From assembly GCA_004764695.1 (NCBI GenBank), contig SMSO01000031.1, positions 5,624,761 through 5,688,760 on the forward strand: 64,000 nucleotides of DNA, in the 5' to 3' direction. The stretch is from Schizochytrium sp. TIO01 (taxonomy: Eukaryota; Protista; Bigyra: Labyrinthulomycetes). Of this stretch, positions 23,590 through 35,429 are shown piece after piece. The notes under the pieces are model-generated. The model worked only from the letters and a program-made list of their open reading frames with translations. It ran no database searches and had not been told where the DNA came from. Each line of letters begins with the position of its first letter. Positions within the stretch are counted from its first letter, which is position 1. The position numbers were made by a program, and so were the translations under genes.

Positions 23590-24453
23590 TTAAACACGCA
23601 ACTTTACAACTTTGCCTGTATTGGCTTCAAAAACAAGCAGCTCACCGGCTTCAGGATGCAAGCTTAATGCTGAAATCTCCCCGCCTTGAAGTTCTGGGAT
23701 TTCAATGTCTCGGACAAAGCCATTATCCTGCCCTGAAGGGTCCAAAACAGTAATGAGGCCTGAACGTGAGTCAAATTCAGTGCGAGCAACATACAAGTAG
23801 CCGGAGTTTGGATCTACTGCAATGGCAGAAGGTCCGACGCGTCCTGAGAACTGGTGCATGACAGAACATAGAAAGGCTCCATTGGGTCTACGGGTGAAAC
23901 GCAGTACTCGGTTCTGTAAAGTCTCTGCTACGTACAGCACATTGTCGTTATGGGGCGAAACGAAGACGCCACAAGGGTGGGCCAAGCAATTAAGAGCAAG
24001 AGGGCGCAATACTTGACCACTTTCATCTCTTGTGATCGCAAACACACTGCCACAGGCGTTGCCGATACAACTCTCGCCAAGCGGGCCGCTATCTGTAAAG
24101 TACATTGTCCCGTCTCTGCCAAAGGCAATGCTGGAGGGTCCAAGCAAAGGATGGCCTTCGTAGTCTTGAACGATGGCAGTGTATTTGGCGTTCTCAACAT
24201 CGATCTTCAAGATTGCGCCATGCTCTACATCGGCAGCATATACTCGTCCGTCCGCGTCCACGGCAACTCCAGCAGGTGAGCCTCGTGTTGCTACCGTTTC
24301 CGTGGCGCGGGCGTCAAGGGCTTCTGCATCAGCAAACCGCGCAACCTTGCCCCGGCTTGCAGAAACTGCCCAAAAGCTGTTTCCTTCAACATAACAGCCT
24401 CCCGTGAGGAATAGGCCTTCGCCCGAAGCATCACCATCGCGAATCACCTCCAT
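23590..24453 (-). CDS. SMP-30/gluconolactonase/strictosidine-synthase-like six-bladed beta-propeller protein
   Basis: Blade motifs SPAGVAVDADGRVYAAD, GPSSIAFGRDGTMYFTDSG, LAHPCGVFVSP..NVLYVAET and GPSAIAVDP.SGYLYVA. ATG at 24453. Confidence 0.88.
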   Translation of the reverse strand: MEVIRDGDASGEGLFLTGGCYVEGNSFWAVSASRGKVARFADAEALDARATETVATRGSPAGVAVDADGRVYAADVEHGAILKIDVENAKYTAIVQDYEGHPLLGPSSIAFGRDGTMYFTDSGPLGESCIGNACGSVFAITRDESGQVLRPLALNCLAHPCGVFVSPHNDNVLYVAETLQNRVLRFTRRPNGAFLCSVMHQFSGRVGPSAIAVDPNSGYLYVARTEFDSRSGLITVLDPSGQDNGFVRDIEIPELQGGEISALSLHPEAGELLVFEANTGKVVKLRV

Positions 24454-27280
24454 CTTTCGCAAAGAAAGAAGCGTATATGTTTCCTTACACCCCCGTGAAG
24501 AATGCCAATTAGCCCTTCTACATTAACCTCGAGTCGGCGATATATAATTATAGAAGTAGCTGCCTTTGCTCTCAATGAGACGCCTCCATGTATTCTCTTT
24601 GTTCTTACTCCAAATGAGTTGTTGTACATTTTATAGCCGTTATGAATTCGGGGTTGTCCACTTTTGCAATTTATTATTATTATTATTACTATTACTATTA
24701 TTATTCACTCTAGAGGGCTATAGATACACATTTTTAATGTAAAATTACAAAAACTACAATCAAGCGGAATATATGAATGAAGTAATACATGAAGTATTGA
24801 AATTGGGCTTGTTTACTTCAAAGCATCAGGTAACTCTAAATGAGCTTGAAAATTGTTATTCATCACAAGCTCTGAGAAAACAAGATTTCAAGAAGCGGGC
24901 AGGCCTATGTTTCTACTAAGCTGTAGATTTTGGTTTCTAGCTTCCAACCTTCAACACGTTGTAATTGTGATGAATAAATGAAGGCCCCTATTCTTACTTT
25001 CATTTATTACTCGAGTAGCAAATGCAGGTCTGGGAGAGATATTCTGTATTTATAATAGAGAACTGGGTTTTTCTTTTCTATGACAATCATGAAAATCAGA
25101 GGTTACATATGTAACCACGTAAGACTGCAGTGGATGATCAAGTTGTCTGTAGATCAGCCCACCCAAGTCAGCAAACAAATGGTATCAGAGGGGAAATTAT
25201 TGTATTGCTTGAACTACGGTGAAAAAAAAATCTCGTGCGTTCATGAAATCTTCGGAATTTCTTCTTACTTCTTGAGCTATCCTGCCTGTGTCTACAAGCT
25301 GACTTGATCATTACTATCTATAATAATCTGATAGTAATGATACAAACGAAAGGATATCTAGATCAGTGTGTCATCCATATAAGCATTTGAAGCTTAGAGT
25401 GTGTAAAGCGACGCAACAGTAGAGCTGGGAGGTTTGAGATGCGAAGATATTACGTGCCACGGTATGTGTATACGACTAGTGCGACCACCATGACTATCGC
25501 TATGCCGTCTGTATTTCACTTTGAACATGTCTAAGACTATGGTACCTGGTGACCTACTAAGTAGAGTTATTGATTTTTTCTTTTCGTGTACAGATGCAGA
25601 ATGATGTTAGGTCAAATGTATCCGAGTCGTTAAAAAGCGACACGTAGTAGAGTGAGCAAAAGAGACCTTCGGGCCAGAGCTAGTGGAGCTGTGTGGATAT
25701 CATCCGCAATGCTCAGCTCCAGGGTTAAAATTGTATAACCCCCCAAACCATTGAAAGCAAGTGTTGATTATCTGGTAGAACAATTCACAAATATAAAAAA
25801 AAGCAAAACCTCAGCTGAAGGCAGCAAAATACGTGCGGATGCCAAAAAATCGAAGCTAAAACTATACCTCTTGAAAAGTTGAACGACTTAAATCAACGCA
25901 TCTGCTGGCTGGTGTTTGACTATGAGCATGAATGTCTGCATGTATCACTAACAACGTACTCGAGACAACCTGGATGTCTTATCGGAAATAACACGCAAGT
26001 TCAGCAAACGACGCCAGTAAAGCTTTGCCCCATCTCTTCAACTGCAGAAAGTACTCTCCCAAATTCGATGACCAAAATTTGTGACATTTTATGAACGAAT
26101 CTATACATTTACAAATCAGCCCCCAATCCCAATTCGCAGAATCGTTAATAAGGTGAAGACAAGTAAATTGCACAACGTGTTCTGCTTGTATCAAAGGAAC
26201 TATGAAACAAACGTATATTATTGTTGGATGGAAGAAGGTTTACGACATCACCACTGGGCTATTTCAGACATAGAGGCTCCATACATTTCTGCATCTTTTG
26301 GGATTTTCTGTTGTCCAATCATGAGCATGATGCAGTTTAGATGTAGGGTCATCTCTAGCGATCTCTAGCTAGAGAAGAATAAAATCGATCTAATATGTGT
26401 TGACTGAAGCATTTTCCATATCTGTGACTTTAAAGCATGGTAGGATTTTAAAGCAAGTGCATTCTCACAAACGACTCGCCGCGACTCATGTTTTCTATTT
26501 TAATTTTCAAGACACATCATTGAAAAAGGGTTCATGAATGGAGGAGAACAAACCACAGCCTTCACTTGAGTTAGCAAGCGAGGGCAGTTCTGGGAGAGTT
26601 ATGAACCTCGGATCCAACTGAGGATTTGAACCAGTGGCATATTACCATGTTAACTCAATGATGGCGCCTTCCCGAAACTTATTAGTCAGGCATAAGGGTT
26701 TTGAGAGCTCTCACTCTTTAATTCTAAAATAAAAATAATTAAAAATTAAAAAAAAAATTAAAAAGAGAAGAAAAGAAAGAGAATTAAAAAAGCACATATC
26801 CTCCGTGTGAGAGTGAGAGTGGGTTTGAGAGCGACCTTTCATGGTGTATGAATAACTATGTAGGTACGTTATTTGTTTCCTTCTGTTCTTTACACTTTTA
26901 AACCAACTAAAAGCAGTACGTTCAAGAAGTGCTCGTAGCCTTTCAACTGAACTGGGGAGAGTGTTATTTTTCACGAAGAAAAACAACAAAAACACCATCA
27001 ACTCGAAGAACCGCGTTTCTCGAAGTCTTGCTATCGACTACTTAGGTATTACTTACTGCTATCATGTATGTGGAAACATCCAATCATCTAAAAACCTCGA
27101 AATGAAACATTTGTATCAGCACCCATGAGATGATTCGTTCCAGATTTCACGAGGAGGGAACCAAGGTCAAGAGTGGCGCCTTCAGGTATACCTACCTATC
27201 ATGCGGTAATGCAGAATGCAAAGAAAACCACCGCCAGCTCATCAAACTCCAAGTCAAGTTGGTTCCCCCCTCTGATCAGA

Positions 27281-27366
27281 CTAACCAAACCAAACCTAAC
27301 CTAACCTAGCCTAACCTAACCTAACCTAGCCTAACCTAACCTAGCCAAACCTAACCTAACCTAACC
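27281..27366. repeat. Interstitial (CCTAA/TTAGG)n telomere-like array, 17 units
   Basis: 11 exact CTAAC units, 3 CTAGC and 3 CAAAC, all in phase. Confidence 0.85.
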
Positions 27367-27697
27367 GGCACGCGGTCGCACCTTAGCAACCGCGACTGCC
27401 AGCCTGGAATGCTTTGAAGAGGGGTACATCTTCTCCGCGGCACTTCATAGAACGCTCTGCTGCTTGCTTGTTTTTCGCGAGCAGCTCAGCCGTTGACGCT
27501 CTGGCCTTTCCATCTATTTGTGCCGGCGCTGCTCCAATTGCCACACCCAGCCTGGCTATCGAATCGCGATTCTGGAAAAACAAACTAACACCACACGATC
27601 GACAGTTGATTGATAAAAGTGGTTCAACTCATGAAATGAAAATCTTTTGTGATTCTTTTGTCTCTTTCTTTTCTTTTTCTTTTTTAAAAATAATTTT

Positions 27698-27736
27698 TCA
27701 TTCATTCATTCATTCATTCATTCATTCACTCATTCA
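27698..27736. repeat. (TCAT)n microsatellite
   Basis: Read directly. Confidence 0.85.
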
Positions 27737-28391
27737 CATCTTCCCATCTCGGGAGGGAGGGAGTGAGTGATTGACATGGCTGCCTGACCCGAATGGCGGT
27801 GGCGAACAGTTGAATGGACGCGCGTGCGGTTGGGATCGAAATCGCCGCCACCTGAACTGCGCCTCCTCGTGCCTTCGAAGAGCGCTGCTATCGACCATCG
27901 CAATGGGGATTCCGTTCTCCGTGAGATTTGCCACTCCAATGATGATGACGTAACCTCATCGATTACACTTTGGCATTCAGGCCTATTTCCAGGACTACCA
28001 TATACCCTAGTGCCTACATTACTTAAACTATTATTTATTTATTTATTTATTATTGAACATTTAATTTAATGTAGAAAGCAAAAACAAAACCAAAAACGCT
28101 TTTATAATGAGAGATACTTGTCACCATCATAGAACATGATCATTCAAAGCAATAAACAAAAACGTGTCTCTGCTTTGTAACCCACTCATCGGACGGTATC
28201 ATAGGGCCACATAAAAGGTGACATGAATAAAGATGAAGATCAGTTTTCAAGAAAGTTAGCTCCTCATCATGAAGAAGAGGAAAAAGAGAAGGGAACAGGA
28301 ACGAATGGAACGGAGACTACGGCAGTGCCTAACCAGCATCGTAAAGATACCTCTAGAGCAAGAAAAGAACAGAGGCGAACACAAAACAGAG

Positions 28392-28463
28392 GCAAAGCAA
28401 AGCAGAGCAAAGCAAAGCAAAGCGAAGCAAAATAGACAAAGCAGAGCAAAGCAAAGCGAAGCA
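28392..28463. repeat. Degenerate (GCAAA)n pentanucleotide microsatellite
   Basis: gcaaagcaaagcagagcaaagcaaagcaaagcgaagcaaa...; reverse complement of the array at 21609. Confidence 0.85.
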
Positions 28464-28780
28464 GATGACAGAGAAGGGTAGATAGATAGACAGACACCTA
28501 GGCCGCCCAAGTTTAGTGCACAAACCGCCGGCAGCGCCAGCTTGGAGGCCGCCACGCATCAATATAGGCACGCATGATCCGCCTTGCCCGGATCTTCGTG
28601 GTCGTCGTGGCGCATGAAGTACTCGCCGTCGCTAGCACCTCCTACTGTTTCGGATACGAGGGCGGGCTGCCGATTGCATTGCAAACAGACTGACTGTTGC
28701 CAAGGAGGAAACTGAAAAGAACCGAGGCCACCGAGAGCTACAGTTTCGCATAGCTGGGGGCTACCGTCGCCGTTTAATTT

Positions 28781-28811
<31 letters not shown>

Positions 28812-29417
28812 TTGATTTGATTGTTTATAATTGATTATTCTCACTCTTCAAGTTTATTCTTTTTCATGATGAATTAGAATGAAAATCGCGAAAAGCTGAA
28901 AAACACGAAAAGGCTGTTTATTTCACCTTTCGGGATTCTTCGAATGGGCCTCAACGATGGAAAGAAAGAAGCCTTGTTTTCGAGCTGTGTTTGTTTGTCA
29001 CGCATTGATCGTCTGTCTCCGTGTATGCAGACTGTTCTGAGTGCTATAGAAAACCAAAATAACAAACTATTATTCACAGACAGCACGCACCTTGAAAAAG
29101 AAAGAGCGGTGCTTCCTATGCAAATAATAATCGAAATCTCTGAGGGAACAGACAGAAATAAACAGCAAATGAATGAATGAATGAATGAATGCGCCAGCTC
29201 ATCATAAATCGCTCCACAGCTCAGGGTAAACGGAACGATGGATACGGTGGGTTGGCCTTTCCTGTGAAGAGCAAAAGGGCAGAAACGTTTCTTTCAAGAA
29301 ACTAAATACTCTGCAGTCTCATCATGATATGCTTATTCGGCCAATATTTTGAAACTATTTTTCAATAAAATAACTATTAATTATTTTTATTAAAAATATA
29401 TTAATGTATATATATAA

Positions 29418-30042
29418 ATGAATGAATGAATGAATGAATGAATGAATGAATGAAAGAGAAAAAGGGATCACGACTCATGGATCATGAATGATACAGCTCC
29501 AACGCAAAGCTTCACAGTTATTGGGACCAGAGGAGCCGTGACGGACGGGCGGAGACCTGCAGGGTAGGGGGGAAGCCAGGCAGGCACAGGCAGGCAGCCA
29601 CGGGCCTGCCTCTGCCACGGTGTCAAGCGCTGAGACCGCTTGGCTCCTCGAGACGATTGATCGCTCGAGGCGTTGATGAAATCAGTCGCTCTTTCTTTAC
29701 TTTACTTTCCTTTACTTTACTTTCCTTTCCTTTACGTTCCTTTCTTTCTTTCTTTCTTTCTTTCCTCTTTCGTTTATCAGCCGTCGGGCCGCTAGCCAAT
29801 ACTCTAAGGTACCCCTAGAGAAGAGCGATTGATTGCAAAGGAGAAAGAAACGTTGTTTTTCCTTCTTTTATGTATTTGAATATGTATGTATGTGTATGTA
29901 TGTATATATATATATATATATATGAGAGAATGATCATTAAAAGATTAGTCATATGATGGATATGAGAAAGAAAGAGAGAAAGAAAGAAAGAGAGAAAGAG
30001 AGAAATAAAGAAAGAAAGAGAGAAAAGAGAGAAAGAAATAGA
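29418..30042. repeat. Cluster of microsatellites upstream of SERCA: (GAAT)n, (CTTTA/CTTT)n, (TATG)n/(TA)n, (AGAA)n
   Basis: Runs at ~29418-29453, 29690-29770, 29881-29923 and 29964-30042. Confidence 0.85.
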
Positions 30043-30479
30043 AGTCCGTCGGGAGCTAAGCAGACAGGAAATAGAAGCCGCTGCCGCCGTCGCCGCGAGC
30101 GCTGGAGGCGAGCTAGCTAGCTAGCTGGTCGGCGCCTTCGGAAATCACGGGTGGGACAGGGTCCCGCGACTCGACGCCGGTCCGCGTCTGCTCCCAGGCG
30201 GCAGGCCTGAACGCTGACGTGGCGTGGTGCGAGGAGGACTAGATTTCTTTCTCTCCTTCTCGAGCTTAGTCTTTCTTGAATCTTTACATATACTCGTACA
30301 TTCCGTACGCGCATCAGCTCCCGTCGATCGATCTGGCGATCGATCAAAGCAAACACTACACCTGAACTCGGATTGCAGCGTAATACTTTGCTGCTGCTGT
30401 TGGTTCGGAGTCAACTTTTGGGAAAAGCTTAGGACAGACTTGCTGAGATCTTGAGATTTAGCATTACATTCCACTCAAA

Positions 30480-33400
30480 ATGGCTGCAATTCACGCCCCG
30501 TGGGCCAAAAAGGTCACCGAGGTTGAGAAGGAACTCGAAACCTCCATCGAGGATGGTCTTAGCAACGAGGATGCTAGCGACCGCCTGGAAAAGTTCGGCA
30601 AGAACGAGCTCCCCAAGGAGGAGGGAAGCTCATTCTGGGAGCTTGTGCTCGAGCAGTTCGATGATCCCCTTGTAAAGATCTTGCTTGTCGCCGCTCTCGT
30701 ATCTGCTGCCATCGCTGCTTATGAGGCCCACGAGGCCGGTGAGGCTCTCACGCTTGAGAGTCTCGTAGAATCTGGCGTCATCTTGCTCATTCTCATCCTT
30801 AACGCCATCGTTGGCGTTTACCAGGAGTCTAACGCCGAGGCCAGCCTTGAGGCCCTCAAGGCCATGCAAGCTGCCACTGCCCGCGTTCGTCGCGAAGGTA
30901 AGTGGGAGCCTACTCTCCCCGCTGAAGATCTTGTCCCCGGCGACGTCATCGAGCTCAACGTTGGTGACTGCGTTCCTGCAGACTGTCGTGTGGCCGAGCT
31001 TAAGACCACAACTCTTCGTGCCGAGCAATCTGCTTTGACCGGTGAGAGTGTCGCAGTAAGTAAGATCGAAGACCCCATCGACTCTGAAGATTGTGAGATT
31101 CAGTCCAAGACCAACATCCTCTTCTCCGGCACAATGCTCGCCAACGGTCACGCCATTTGCATCGTCACTGGCACCGGCATGAGCACCGAGATGGGCAAGA
31201 TTCAGGAGCAGCTCCAGGCAGCCGCTGCCGAGCGAGCTGAGGAAAAGACCCCGCTCAAGCAGAAGCTCGAAGAGTTCTCCGACATGCTTCAGTGGGTTAT
31301 CTCTGGCATTTGCGTCATGGTCTGGCTCATTAACTACAGAATGTTCGTTGACCTCGAGAATTACACCGTGGACTTCAAGGCCGCCATCTACTACTTCCAG
31401 ATTGCCGTAGCTCTTGCTGTCGCTGCCATTCCTGAAGGTCTCCCGACTGTTATTACCATGTGCCTTGCCCTTGGAACTCGTAAGATGGCTGCTCGCAACT
31501 CAATTGTTCGCAAGCTGCCTGCCGTCGAGACCCTTGGCTGCACCACTGTTATCTGCAGTGACAAGACTGGAACCTTGACCACCAACATGATGTCAGTGCG
31601 TCGTGTAATCGTTGTTTCCGCTGGAGGCAAGGGTTCGGAAGATTGCACCGTCTCCGGTGCCACATACAACCCTGCCGACGGCTCTGCTGACGTGTCCAAC
31701 TTTGGAGCGGCCTTTGAGAAACTCGCCTTGATTGCCAGCGTCTGTAACAGCAGCACTGTTGAGCGTGTTAAGGGTGCATGGAAGCACACTGGTGCACCTA
31801 CGGAGTCTGCTTTGACTGTCTTGGTTGAGAAGCTCATGGGCAAGGACGGCAAAGCTGCCGATGGTGTCGCCGATGGCGAACTCCCTGCCAATGCACGGCT
31901 TCAGGCTAGTTCCCCCGCAATTGCTACTCTCGAGTTCACGCGCGACCGCAAGTCCATGAGTGTCATCGTTAACACTGGCAAGACGCGCTCTAGCACTAAC
32001 GAGCTCCTGGTTAAGGGTGCACCTGAGACCCTTCTCGAGAGATGTACTCACGTACTCACCAACGATGGAAGCCGTGTGGCCATGACCCCTGAGATTAAGA
32101 AGGACATGCAGGACCGCATTGCTTCCATGGCTAGCAAGGCCCTCCGCACGCTTGGTTTTGCAATCAAAACCGAGCTCGGTGAACTTAGTGACTATGATGG
32201 ACCCCACCACGCTGCTGCTGCTGCTCTTCGCGACCCGAGCAAGTTTGTCGAAATCGAGAGTGGCCTCACCTTTGTTGGTCTCGTTGGTATGCAGGACCCG
32301 CCCCGTGCCGAGGTGCGTTCCTCGATGGAGGCCTGCCGTAACGCTGGTATCCGCGTGATTGTCATCACTGGTGATAACCGTATCACTGCCGAGGCTGTGT
32401 GCCGCGAGATTTCTGTTTTTTCGGAGGATGAGGATCTTGAGGACAAATCATTTGTTGGTCATGAATTCAGCAAGTTGAATGTGGACAAGCAGCGTGAGCT
32501 CTTGGCTAAGAACGTCGCTTGTGGCATGGTCTTCTCTCGTGCCGAGCCTGCCTTTAAGCAGCACATCGTCAAGCTTCTCAAGGAGCAGGGCAACGTGGTT
32601 GCTATGACTGGTGATGGTGTAAACGATGCCCCTGCGCTCAAGCTTGCTGATATCGGTGTGGCTATGGGTATTGCCGGCACCGAGGTGGCTCGCGAGGCTG
32701 CTGACATGATCCTTGCCGATGATAACTTCAGCACCATTGTGGCTAGTGTGCAGGAGGGTCGTTCCATCTATGATAACATGCGTGCCTTCATCCGCTACAT
32801 GATTTCATCCAACATTGGTGAGGTCTTTAGCATCTTCTTCGTCGCTGCCCTTGGACTTCCGGAGGGTATGGTCCCCATCCAGCTGCTCTGGGTCAACCTT
32901 GTTACTGACGGCCCCCCGGCCACTGCTCTTGGTTTCAACCCCAGCGACCCGGACATTATGACCAAGCCCCCTCGTGATAAGAGTGAGCCGCTCATTTCCA
33001 CTTGGGTCATGACTCGCTACATTATTGTTGGTCTCTACGTCGGTTTTGCCACTGTGGGCTCCTTTGTGACGTGGTACACGCACGGTGTTGGCTCCGAGCC
33101 CTTCCTCGGTCTTATTGACCTCTCCAAGGATGGCCACTCCTCTGTGACCTTCCACGAGCTCTCGAACTGGGAGAAGTGTGACCCGGCAACCAACCTCTTT
33201 CACCTTGGCGAGAAGGAGTACCCTTTTACCGCCAGTGACTGGACAGCTGGTGGCCTCACATATGAAGTGACTGGCTGCGACTACTTCGGCGAAGTTGGCA
33301 AAAAGAAGGCATCCACCTTGAGTCTCTCTGTTCTTGTGACCATTGAGATGTTCAATGCTCTCAATGCCATTAGCGAGGACGGATCTTTGTTCGCTCGTGG

Positions 33401-33662
33401 AACCCACCCTTTTGTTAACCCGTACTTGCTCATGGCCATGGCCTCAAGTTTTGCCTTGCACTTTATGATTCTCTACGTGCCCTCGTTCGCACCTATGTTT
33501 GATGTTGTCCCCCTGTCAACTGATGAGTGGCTCTTGGTCATTCTCTACTCGGCACCTGTTGTTGTCATCGACGAGATCCTCAAGTTCATTGGCCGTATCT
33601 CCAATGCTGCGGCTCTTAGAAGACGCCGTGCCGCCATTGAGGAGGCCAAGAAGGAGCAGTAG
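30480..33662 (+). CDS. SERCA: P-type IIA Ca2+-ATPase (SERCA/ECA type), 1060 aa
   Basis: LTGES, AAIPEGLP, phosphorylation site CSDKTGT, KGAPE, DPPR, TGDGVNDAPALK, ISSNIGEV, LWVNLVTDG, IEMFNALN. Strongly C/T-ending codon use suggests high expression. Confidence 0.97.
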   Translation: MAAIHAPWAKKVTEVEKELETSIEDGLSNEDASDRLEKFGKNELPKEEGSSFWELVLEQFDDPLVKILLVAALVSAAIAAYEAHEAGEALTLESLVESGVILLILILNAIVGVYQESNAEASLEALKAMQAATARVRREGKWEPTLPAEDLVPGDVIELNVGDCVPADCRVAELKTTTLRAEQSALTGESVAVSKIEDPIDSEDCEIQSKTNILFSGTMLANGHAICIVTGTGMSTEMGKIQEQLQAAAAERAEEKTPLKQKLEEFSDMLQWVISGICVMVWLINYRMFVDLENYTVDFKAAIYYFQIAVALAVAAIPEGLPTVITMCLALGTRKMAARNSIVRKLPAVETLGCTTVICSDKTGTLTTNMMSVRRVIVVSAGGKGSEDCTVSGATYNPADGSADVSNFGAAFEKLALIASVCNSSTVERVKGAWKHTGAPTESALTVLVEKLMGKDGKAADGVADGELPANARLQASSPAIATLEFTRDRKSMSVIVNTGKTRSSTNELLVKGAPETLLERCTHVLTNDGSRVAMTPEIKKDMQDRIASMASKALRTLGFAIKTELGELSDYDGPHHAAAAALRDPSKFVEIESGLTFVGLVGMQDPPRAEVRSSMEACRNAGIRVIVITGDNRITAEAVCREISVFSEDEDLEDKSFVGHEFSKLNVDKQRELLAKNVACGMVFSRAEPAFKQHIVKLLKEQGNVVAMTGDGVNDAPALKLADIGVAMGIAGTEVAREAADMILADDNFSTIVASVQEGRSIYDNMRAFIRYMISSNIGEVFSIFFVAALGLPEGMVPIQLLWVNLVTDGPPATALGFNPSDPDIMTKPPRDKSEPLISTWVMTRYIIVGLYVGFATVGSFVTWYTHGVGSEPFLGLIDLSKDGHSSVTFHELSNWEKCDPATNLFHLGEKEYPFTASDWTAGGLTYEVTGCDYFGEVGKKKASTLSLSVLVTIEMFNALNAISEDGSLFARGTHPFVNPYLLMAMASSFALHFMILYVPSFAPMFDVVPLSTDEWLLVILYSAPVVVIDEILKFIGRISNAAALRRRRAAIEEAKKEQ

Positions 33663-34682
33663 ACTTTTCTTTCTCAAGTAGATGCATATTGTGAATGAAT
33701 ACGGGAGGATATATATGATGACTTTGAGAGCTAGAAAATATTGCATGCATTATCCAATATAGGTGCTTTCTCTCTCTCTCCTACACCCCTTTTCTCCTCC
33801 TTTCTTTAAAACAAAAAAGAAATAAACTATATAAAAAAAAATAAAGAAGAGAAAATTAAATATCCATAATATAATTTTTGATTTTGATAATATTCATCCG
33901 TGTCACGAAGTCTCATGATTGCTTTTCATTTTCTTCTTGCACGTTGAAGCGCAAAGTTATGCTCTGCAGTGCCTTCGTACTTTAATTCTGTATTTTTTTT
34001 ATTTTTATCAAATTTGGAAAGGTCCTATTGATTGTGATGCAACTGTATTTGGGCTTTCTGAAAACGAGACACTTCAACTTATAGCAGGAACAACCAGGTC
34101 TTGGCATTATATTCGTGCTGATTTTGTTCATGTCTGTGTCAAATAGATCTAGTCATCAAGGCTGACAAAGCAACTTTCTCCTTCTGCCCCTATTTCTTCA
34201 TTTATTATTTTCCATTGGAAAGCAAATAAAAAGATAGGGGACTTTCTCTGCAGGGCGAAGTTCCAAGGCAAACTTATAGGCGATGTTCGAAATCCATTCT
34301 GAGTGCATCATGTGCAGGGTCTTGTATTCAGAACGAAAATTGAACCTCTACAGTACTGGAAACGGACAAAGCTGCAAGGCATATCATACATGTACCAAAA
34401 CATTTTTTATATTTAGGCCAAGTTCGTTAAAAGGGGAGGAGGAAACAAGTCATCTCTGATTTCTCAAAAATCAGGTACGGGGCAGAGCAAAGGCAGGGGG
34501 AGTGACGAGAGCTTAGGGCGCAGTAGCAATCACCAATAAGGATAAAATTAATGATGCCGAGCCACCATGGCAGATGGAACTTTGAGGACGATCAAAACAT
34601 GATTGCAATTCAGAGTTCCTTCAAAATGCGCATCTATTTGCTGCATCAAAAAGTGGCGTTGTCTACATTACATGAGAACAAT

Positions 34683-35429
34683 TTAAGCGGTCACAGAAGG
34701 CAAGGCCTTTAGGTTCTCGAGAAGCTCCTCGGCCTTGCCAACGCGAGCGTGTGCGCGTCCAACAGCGAGGACGGCAGCATCGCCCGCAAGAATGCGCTTC
34801 TTCAGGGCGGTCTTGGCCTCGCCCTCGAGGTCTTCGAGGCCAGCAAGTGCTACAAGAAGCTCCTCCATGACCTTGGCATCATCAGGCACTGCGGAGATCA
34901 CAGCGGAAACGTCAAATTTGGCCTTCTTGGCTTCAGGAGCCTCCTCAGTGACAGCTGCAGGGTTTTCGTTAGCACTAACACCAGTGCTGCCAAAGCCACC
35001 TTCCCCGCGAATGGAATCCTCAAGGCTAGAAACCTCCGTGACAGGTGCCATGCTAATTTTTTCAAGAACGAGCTGTGCAATACGGTCTCCGTGCTTAACC
35101 TCGAGGTCCTCAGAGCCGTGGTTGAAGAGAACAACACCGACGTTGCCACGGTAATCACGGTCAATGACGCCGGCACCGACATCAATATGCTTTTTCCAGG
35201 AAAGTCCAGAGCGCGGTGCAACACGACCGTAAGTGCCTTCAGGGCATTGCATGGCCAAATCAGTCTTGACAATGCCCTTGCCAGAGGCAGGGATGACTGT
35301 ATCGTGAGCTGCGTACAAATCAAGACCCGCAGCTTCTGCAGAGCCACGCGTTGGCATAGTTGCCTTGTCAGAAAGTTTGCTCACAAGAAGCTCCGCCATC
35401 TTGCCGGTTCGTATCAAGCTCCGTCGCAT
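34683..35429 (-). CDS. DUT: Trimeric dUTPase with a ~95-aa C-terminal extension
   Basis: All five motifs present: [49 protein letters not shown] second in-frame ATG lies at 35399 (MAELL). Confidence 0.95.
   Translation of the reverse strand: MRRSLIRTGKMAELLVSKLSDKATMPTRGSAEAAGLDLYAAHDTVIPASGKGIVKTDLAMQCPEGTYGRVAPRSGLSWKKHIDVGAGVIDRDYRGNVGVVLFNHGSEDLEVKHGDRIAQLVLEKISMAPVTEVSSLEDSIRGEGGFGSTGVSANENPAAVTEEAPEAKKAKFDVSAVISAVPDDAKVMEELLVALAGLEDLEGEAKTALKKRILAGDAAVLAVGRAHARVGKAEELLENLKALPSVTA

Noticed and set aside
27232-29204. CGCCAGCTCATCA shared at ~27232 and ~29192 (10-mer also at 2325)
   Set aside because: A few 13-mer matches are expected by chance in this much non-coding DNA.
30491-33407. 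Long antisense and alternate-frame ORFs over SERCA (likewise over dUTPase, VPS24, COQ8 and 19233-21025)
   Set aside because: Shadow ORFs produced by codon bias of the real genes.
34683-35429. dUTPase as a marker of an endogenous virus
   Set aside because: Host-like codon usage, cellular neighbours, and no capsid, polymerase or integrase genes nearby.
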